Origin: Candidatus Woesearchaeota archaeon
GTDB taxonomy: Archaea; Nanobdellota; Nanobdellia; Pacearchaeales; GW2011-AR1
Direction: 5' to 3'
Length of the DNA stretch: 58,932 nt
NCBI GenBank assembly: GCA_964503975.1
Contig: CAZDCI010000002.1
Span: forward strand, 1-58,932
Shown: positions 53,539 through 58,932 of the stretch, one piece after another
Layout of the letters: every line of letters starts with the position of its first letter
Numbering within the stretch: position 1 is the first letter of the stretch
The notes under the pieces: model-generated
What the model was told of the DNA's origin: nothing
The model's input: only the letters and a program-made list of their open reading frames with translations
Database searches by the model: none
Program-made: the position numbers and the translations under genes

Positions 53539-53616
53539 AATCATATACAGGCTTTCTGGAACATTGTCAACTGGGAAAAGGTCAACGAGAATTATTTGAA
53601 AGGTAAAAGCGAGTGA
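53539..53616 (+). pseudogene. Remnant of a diverged sod 3' end (25 codons plus stop)
   Basis: Reads NHIQAFWNIVNWEKVNENYLKGKSE-stop, against the sod tail KYIDAFFNIINWEQVEKNYQEAKAE-stop, and lies 952 nt downstream of it. Confidence 0.85.
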
Positions 53617-54336
53617 TTACTTTTTGGCAATTTTCCATAACGTATTAAAATATCCTCTGTAAGAATTTGCAACTTCTTTGTTTTCTATTAAAATAACATA
53701 ATAAGGATCTGTCCAGATAAAATTTGCAATTTTATTTTTGTAAACCACTGTTGTTGTTTTTGTAAGGTATTCGTTTGGCAGAAATTTAAATTCAGAATTT
53801 TTTGACTTTACAGTTTTGCCCTTTAATTTTTCATTAACCAAAACCTTTTCATGTATTTTGTTTCTAACCATTTCATTAAGGAATTTTTCTATATCTATAG
53901 GTAAAACATCCTGAAATCTCCCTTCTTCCCCAAATGCAACGAAATCTTCTTTAGTATTTATGATATCCTTAAGAATTGTTTTAATTCCCTCCCTGCCTTT
54001 GTAAACGTCAACCTTGGTATCTTGCTTTACTCTTTTTTGTCTTGCTTTAAGTTTCGGAAGAATTTCCCTCAAATTTTTTTCTTTTTCGCGAACATTTTTT
54101 AACAAAATATCTGGAGGTGCGGGAGAAAAATATTTTACATTGTTTTTCAATACATGTGAGGCCAGCCCCTTTCCTATCAAATTGTCAAGGATTTGGTATG
54201 TATGAACTCTTCCAATACCTGTTCTTTTAGAAATAAGAGTAGCTGTGGCTTCACTTAACTCAAGCAATGCCAAATAAGTTTTCGCTTCGTGCTCTTCAAA
54301 ATTCAACTCCTTTAAGATATCCAGCTCATCAATCAT
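53617..54336 (-). CDS. TrmB-family transcriptional regulator
   Basis: Winged-helix N-terminus FEEHEAKTYLALLELSEATATLISKRTGIGRVHTYQILDNLIGKGLA. The C-terminus parallels the 44262-44999 product. Confidence 0.8.
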   Translation of the reverse strand: MIDELDILKELNFEEHEAKTYLALLELSEATATLISKRTGIGRVHTYQILDNLIGKGLASHVLKNNVKYFSPAPPDILLKNVREKEKNLREILPKLKARQKRVKQDTKVDVYKGREGIKTILKDIINTKEDFVAFGEEGRFQDVLPIDIEKFLNEMVRNKIHEKVLVNEKLKGKTVKSKNSEFKFLPNEYLTKTTTVVYKNKIANFIWTDPYYVILIENKEVANSYRGYFNTLWKIAKK

Positions 54337-54437
54337 AAAAATAAATAATTTTAAGGGTATTTAAATCTTCCTAATGTTGTAATTATATTACAACAAATTT
54401 TTAAATACTTCAGCATACCATTTTTTAGTGAGTAAAA

Positions 54438-55070
54438 ATGGAAAATGAATTAATGGAACTTTTATCCATGCTTTTTGGATTAGCTGCAATCGGAACTTTA
54501 GGTGCGCCTTTTATAGTACAATCATACGCTTATGATGACGATAAAAAGATGTATTCTGAATTGAGTTCTTCTACAAAAGCTTCACTAGTGGAACCTAAGT
54601 TACATGACTATTTAAAAAGAGGGGTTAGATTTTTTACGCTCCTTGGAAAAAAAGATGAACGTGTTATCGACAGTGTTAACAATTATCGACAATCTAGAAA
54701 ATATTTGGAAGCTTATGCCAAAGATGTGGGGGTTAAAATAGACGAAACAAAAGAGGGACATTATGTTGTAAAACCTGTATACTGTGACCCAAATGATACG
54801 CAAAGGCAAGTTTATATTAAAGGAGGTAGGAGTGGGTTTAATGTAATTGAAAGAAAAGAATTTGGAGTAAGGGTATATGGAGTATTCAGAAGTTTTTCTG
54901 TCGATACGTATAATAAACGTATAATAAATACCGCTAAGACTAAAGATGAAGCTAAAGAAAAGAGTAAAGAAGCGGCAATCGGTGTCGGAAAAGATGTGGC
55001 ATACAAACAGGACTTGAAAAAAATGACTTTCAAAGATTTGGAAAAAAGAGTAACTGAAATTTATCTATAA
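54438..55070 (+). CDS. Hypothetical protein with N-terminal TM/signal segment
   Basis: 210-aa ORF with no recognised motif. Confidence 0.5.
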   Translation: MENELMELLSMLFGLAAIGTLGAPFIVQSYAYDDDKKMYSELSSSTKASLVEPKLHDYLKRGVRFFTLLGKKDERVIDSVNNYRQSRKYLEAYAKDVGVKIDETKEGHYVVKPVYCDPNDTQRQVYIKGGRSGFNVIERKEFGVRVYGVFRSFSVDTYNKRIINTAKTKDEAKEKSKEAAIGVGKDVAYKQDLKKMTFKDLEKRVTEIYL

Positions 55071-55071
55071 A

Positions 55072-55788
55072 ATGCCAAAGAATTTAGAACAAATAGCAAA
55101 ATTTGAAGCTAAAGAGGTCGTTGAAGGGCTCGCTGAGGAAGGATATTCAAGAGGAGAAATTATGGACATTTGCAGGTCTAATGTTGAAACATTATCACTT
55201 AATCTAGATTATGTTAGCGATGCTATTTCAAGTTGGTATGAAAACAAAAAGAAAAATCTTATAAAAAAATCCAAATTTTTTTTAAAGATGGCATATCTGT
55301 CCTCCTTTACATATGTTGCTTTTGGTTTTTTAGCGAGTCACTCTATTGAACATTTAAGGAGAACGCCTTATCGAGAGTTAATTAACGAACATACAGAAGA
55401 AATATTAGAATATGAAAACTTACGGGAAACACTTTCAGGACAAAAATCTTGGTTTCAAGAATATAGGGTTTCTTTAAATGAATTTCCTTCTTCCGAAATC
55501 ATTCCTTACCACCCCCAAAAAGAATTGCAAAATATGAGGGATGGATTGAGGGAAAATGCAGCAGTTTTACAATCAAAAACCAAAGAAATTGAAGAATCTC
55601 CCATAATTGAAGAATATAATCACTATAAAGAAAAATACAAGGAACGTTCGTTATGGGGTTTTTTTCTCCTCCCTCTTTCATGGGTAGCTGGGGTTTTTTT
55701 TGGATTCGTCCCTTTCCTATTCAATTCCAAAAAATATGAACATGAAGCAGAAAAATTAGAAAAAATGTTTGCTGAATCTACCGACTAA
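55072..55788 (+). CDS. Hypothetical membrane protein
   Basis: 238-aa ORF with two TM segments. Its last 8 codons lie inside the tandem duplication. Confidence 0.5.
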   Translation: MPKNLEQIAKFEAKEVVEGLAEEGYSRGEIMDICRSNVETLSLNLDYVSDAISSWYENKKKNLIKKSKFFLKMAYLSSFTYVAFGFLASHSIEHLRRTPYRELINEHTEEILEYENLRETLSGQKSWFQEYRVSLNEFPSSEIIPYHPQKELQNMRDGLRENAAVLQSKTKEIEESPIIEEYNHYKEKYKERSLWGFFLLPLSWVAGVFFGFVPFLFNSKKYEHEAEKLEKMFAESTD

Positions 55789-55792
55789 TTTC

Positions 55793-56146
55793 CTAACCAT
55801 ACATATAGATTCCTGTAATCATCAGCACATGTATGATAATCCAGAGAAAATTTGCCAAAACTATTGGTTTGTTTTTAATGAAGACCCCGTAAGCAAGCCA
55901 GAAGGTAGCAAGGAAAAGAAACGCAACCCATGTTATCGGGGACAAACTCGAGGCGCTTTTTTCTGCATAAATCTTGAAAACCTGTGGGATTGTTAAAGCG
56001 GGACCCGCAATACTAAATAAAATCACTGTATCTCGTATAAAATTAGAAATTTTCTTTTGGGCGGGTTTTGAAAGACTTTCTTCAAACATTCCAAGTTTTT
56101 CAATTATGAATTCTGAAATTCCAAAATCACCTCCAAATAAACTCAT
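55793..56146 (-). CDS. SemiSWEET / PQ-loop family transporter, copy 1
   Basis: Three TM helices with PQ motif LTIPQVFKIY and PIVLANFLW. Has a ~35-aa N-terminal extension. Confidence 0.7.
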   Translation of the reverse strand: MSLFGGDFGISEFIIEKLGMFEESLSKPAQKKISNFIRDTVILFSIAGPALTIPQVFKIYAEKSASSLSPITWVAFLFLATFWLAYGVFIKNKPIVLANFLWIIIHVLMITGIYMYG

Positions 56147-56235
56147 AATAAACTATAAAACAGCAAGGCTTAAAAAACTAACGAACGCTGTTAAATCATG
56201 AAAACCAATGTTTGCTGAATCTACCGACTAATTTC

Positions 56236-56589
56236 CTAACCATACATATAGATTCCTGTAATCATCAGCACATGTATGATAATCCAGAGAAAATTTGCCA
56301 AAACTATTGGTTTGTTTTTAATGAAGACCCCGTAAGCAAGCCAGAAGGTAGCAAGGAAAAGAAACGCAACCCATGTTATCGGGGACAAACTCGAGGCGCT
56401 TTTTTCTGCATAAATCTTGAAAACCTGTGGGATTGTTAAAGCGGGACCCGCAATACTAAATAAAATCACTGTATCTCGTATAAAATTAGAAATTTTCTTT
56501 TGGGCGGGTTTTGAAAGACTTTCTTCAAACATTCCAAGTTTTTCAATTATGAATTCTGAAATTCCAAAATCACCTCCAAATAAACTCAT
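56236..56589 (-). CDS. SemiSWEET / PQ-loop family transporter, copy 2 (identical)
   Basis: 117-aa product identical to copy 1. Confidence 0.7.
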   Translation of the reverse strand: MSLFGGDFGISEFIIEKLGMFEESLSKPAQKKISNFIRDTVILFSIAGPALTIPQVFKIYAEKSASSLSPITWVAFLFLATFWLAYGVFIKNKPIVLANFLWIIIHVLMITGIYMYG

Positions 56590-56640
56590 AATAAACTATA
56601 AAACAGCAAGGCTTAAAAAACTAACGAACGCTGTTAAATC

Positions 56641-56868
56641 ATGAAAACCAAAATAACCAAAGACATGAACATCAACGAGCTTATAGATAAATATCCGGAT
56701 GTAATTCCTGTCTTGATGGCTTACGGATTGCGTTGCGTGGGATGTAATTTTGCACAGCACGACACTCTTGCTACAGGAGCCAAACTGCATGGAATTAAAG
56801 AAGAAGAGCTGAAACTAATGATTAAGGATGTCAATAAAGTTCTGGATAAGAAAGAAAAAATTAAATAA
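56641..56868 (+). CDS. DUF1858 / hybrid-cluster-protein-associated redox disulfide domain protein
   Basis: ITKDMNINELIDKYPDVIPVLMAYGLRCVGCNFAQHDTLATGAKLHGI carries the CxxC motif. Its first 4 codons are also present at 56198 in the first duplication unit. Confidence 0.75.
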   Translation: MKTKITKDMNINELIDKYPDVIPVLMAYGLRCVGCNFAQHDTLATGAKLHGIKEEELKLMIKDVNKVLDKKEKIK

Positions 56869-56874
56869 TTTTAA

Positions 56875-58824
56875 TCAAGGTTTTCCTATTCCAGAAGCTG
56901 CTGCACTATTGCCTGCTGATGAAGAACCTGCACTGCTTCCGCCACGGGAACTTTGTGAGTTTTCTTTCTGAACTTCTGACCTTACTCTGTCTTGTACTTC
57001 TTTTATCTTGGTTTTTGCAGGATCTTCAAGTCCATTTAATACTTTGTCAATATCTTCTTCAGGTTTTTCGGTTTCGGTTTCAATTTCTTCTTCAACTCCT
57101 TCATCTCCCCCGTCAGTTTCTGTTTCTTCTTGTTCAGATTCCTGTATTTCTCTCAAAGCATTAACAGCTTCTTCCCTGCCTCTCGCACTATTTTCAATCG
57201 CCTGTTCAATTGAAGGTCTTGCCTGCTCAGGAACCTTGTTATAAATCTCTCCCAAAACTTTCAAATGTATTGAAGTGGCCTCTGCAACAAGCTCATCAAC
57301 TGTTGTTGTGTTTTCTCCTAAGCCTCTTGCAATTTCAGATATTCTTCTCGAATTATTTAAACTCTCTCCATACTCTCCAATAGATTTTCTTGCCTTTTCA
57401 GTTTCTCCCTCTTCAAGCAATAGGTGTGCCTCAGCAAGCCTTTCTTCACTGTGTTTTACATGAAGTTTTGCTTTTTCCAAAGGATCAAACGTTAAAGCCA
57501 AACCAATTCTCTCAAAAAGCCTGTCCAGTCCATAGAAAACATTTCCGGGTTTTATTCCTGCGCCAAAACCCGGGGACTCTTCTATTTCTTCGTCTTCAGG
57601 TGTTTCTTCAGTTTCATTGCTTGGTTCTGTTTCATTTTCTGCTGGCTCTTCTGTCACATTAACAAGAGAAAGATAAGATTCATAAGCATCAACTCTTCCG
57701 GCTCCCTGGGTATTTTCGTCCAAACCCAGGTCAAATGCATTTGATTTTAATATCTCTTTTATATCCGCCGGTTTTAGTGAGGATTCTAGTTCCAAAAGCA
57801 AGGCAACAACCCCTGAAACATGGGGTGATGAGACGCTGGTTCCTGAAAAAACCCTGAAAGAATTATCTTTCCACGTGGAAGTTATTGAAACACCCGGAGC
57901 TACCAAGTCTGGTTTTGTTCTTCCGTCGCTTGTGGGTCCTCTGCTGCTAAAACTCGGAATAGTGTCGTCATCGTCAACTGCTCCAACAGCTATACCTTCT
58001 TTTGAACATGCGGGAGTTGTGATTGTCTCTGAATCAGGACCTGAATTTCCAGCAGCAATTGCTACAACAACGCCGCTTTTTACGGCTTCGTCAACTGCCC
58101 GTGAAACGGAATCTGTTCCGTCACAATTATCAATCTCTGCTCCAAAGCTGATGCTGATAATCTCTGCTCCATTATCAACTGCCCATTCAATTCCTTCAAT
58201 AACATCGGAACCGAAACCACTTCCGTCCTGATTTAAAACCTTGACATTAAACAAATTAGAGTCGTAGGCAACACCCTTATAATTTGAATCGGTGGAAGCG
58301 ATTATTCCTGCAACATGAGTCCCATGTCCATGCAAATCATCAGTGCCTTCCCCGGTGTAATCTATCTCTCTTGCAACAAACAAAGCAGGATGTTCATCAT
58401 GAATTCCTGTATCAAGAACAGCGATATCAATATTTTTTCCCGTTAGACCTGTCTCCCAAACTTCATCTGCTCGAATTTGTGGAATACTTTTATCAAGAAC
58501 CAATTTTACTTCGTAATCTGGCTCAACTAATTCAACAAAGGCCCTGTTTGCAATTTTCTCTGCAGCCTGAGCAGGGAGTTTTGCAGCAACCGCATCAATT
58601 ATTTTGTATTGATACTTTATACTTGCCCCATCCGACTTAATAATGCTTATATCTGCAGGAGTAGGGGTATCCACAAACAAAATTATTACGGAAACATTTT
58701 CAGTTGCAGGTGTTTCAGAAAGAATCTCAGATAAATCCGGTTTAAGTTCGCCTGCGGGAATCATTGGAACTAAAAATATCAAAACAAGCATTACCAAAAT
58801 ATATGTTCCTGTCCTTTTTACCAT
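56875..58824 (-). CDS. Secreted subtilisin-like serine protease (S8) with long helical/acidic C-terminal extension
   Basis: AVLDTGI, HGHGTHVAG and GTSVSSPHVSG motifs. Signal peptide. About 250-aa Glu-rich helical C-terminus ending in a Ser/Gly/Ala tail. Confidence 0.9.
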   Translation of the reverse strand: MVKRTGTYILVMLVLIFLVPMIPAGELKPDLSEILSETPATENVSVIILFVDTPTPADISIIKSDGASIKYQYKIIDAVAAKLPAQAAEKIANRAFVELVEPDYEVKLVLDKSIPQIRADEVWETGLTGKNIDIAVLDTGIHDEHPALFVAREIDYTGEGTDDLHGHGTHVAGIIASTDSNYKGVAYDSNLFNVKVLNQDGSGFGSDVIEGIEWAVDNGAEIISISFGAEIDNCDGTDSVSRAVDEAVKSGVVVAIAAGNSGPDSETITTPACSKEGIAVGAVDDDDTIPSFSSRGPTSDGRTKPDLVAPGVSITSTWKDNSFRVFSGTSVSSPHVSGVVALLLELESSLKPADIKEILKSNAFDLGLDENTQGAGRVDAYESYLSLVNVTEEPAENETEPSNETEETPEDEEIEESPGFGAGIKPGNVFYGLDRLFERIGLALTFDPLEKAKLHVKHSEERLAEAHLLLEEGETEKARKSIGEYGESLNNSRRISEIARGLGENTTTVDELVAEATSIHLKVLGEIYNKVPEQARPSIEQAIENSARGREEAVNALREIQESEQEETETDGGDEGVEEEIETETEKPEEDIDKVLNGLEDPAKTKIKEVQDRVRSEVQKENSQSSRGGSSAGSSSAGNSAAASGIGKP

Positions 58825-58932
58825 GTTTATACATAATAAACTGAATTTATAAATATTTTTAATCTTATCGGGGAAAAGGCTTTGCGCATAAATTACTCAC
58901 AGCCTATTAAAATAACGAAGACGTCTATTATT

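Larger units (their letters stand above)
55764..56651. repeat. Perfect tandem duplication, 2 x 443 bp
   Basis: Three overlapping ORFs in different frames and strands have identical translations at an offset of 443 nt. Identity runs 55764-56208 versus 56207-56651, and the junction shares only AA. Confidence 0.9.

Noticed and set aside
1-58932. Searched by eye for CRISPR arrays, rRNA genes, transposases, integrases and reverse transcriptases
   Set aside because: No regularly spaced 25-40-nt repeats were seen. No ORF showed a DDE motif, a tyrosine-recombinase R..HxxR..Y pattern or a YxDD motif. The only mobile-type gene recognised is the LAGLIDADG ORF.

Overview
AT-rich archaeal chromosome segment, probably from a small-genome DPANN-type archaeon. 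This is inferred from archaeal-only ribosomal proteins uL16/L10e and eL33/L35Ae, ScpA, a class-III-signal pilin, a Dph6-like enzyme, AAAAACTTAAAA-type BRE/TATA promoters, intron-containing tRNAs and many short orphan genes. I support about 75 protein genes and 4 tRNAs: His-GUG, Val-UAC, Gly-GCC with a ~122-nt intron, and Ser-CGA with a ~54-nt intron. Housekeeping content includes hisS, a truncated gltX-like gene, scpA, Fe/Mn sod, a NitT/TauT-type ABC importer, an MsbA-like exporter, an MFS transporter and TspO. There is also a 7.4-kb operon of secreted or anchored surface proteins (including a 1470-aa beta-helix protein) and two S8 subtilases. An accessory region at 16.8-25.2 kb is rich in toxin-antitoxin and defence-type genes (MNT-HEPN, Fic, DUF2283 pairs, XRE, GNAT, MazG). 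Main observations: (1) the accessory region downstream of hisS is cut into six small cassettes by same-orientation, diverged copies of the last 8-35 codons of hisS, with no recombinase in the window. (2) The same architecture occurs at sod, where a free-standing LAGLIDADG endonuclease gene sits between the functional sod tail and a diverged 25-codon sod-tail remnant. (3) An LD-carboxypeptidase gene is bracketed by a perfect 23-bp repeat that is also the tRNA-Val promoter. (4) A perfect 443-bp tandem duplication carries a SemiSWEET gene. (5) The two tRNA introns share a repeated ~35-nt module. (6) The GluRS lacks its anticodon-binding domain. No CRISPR array, rRNA, transposase or integrase gene was recognised.
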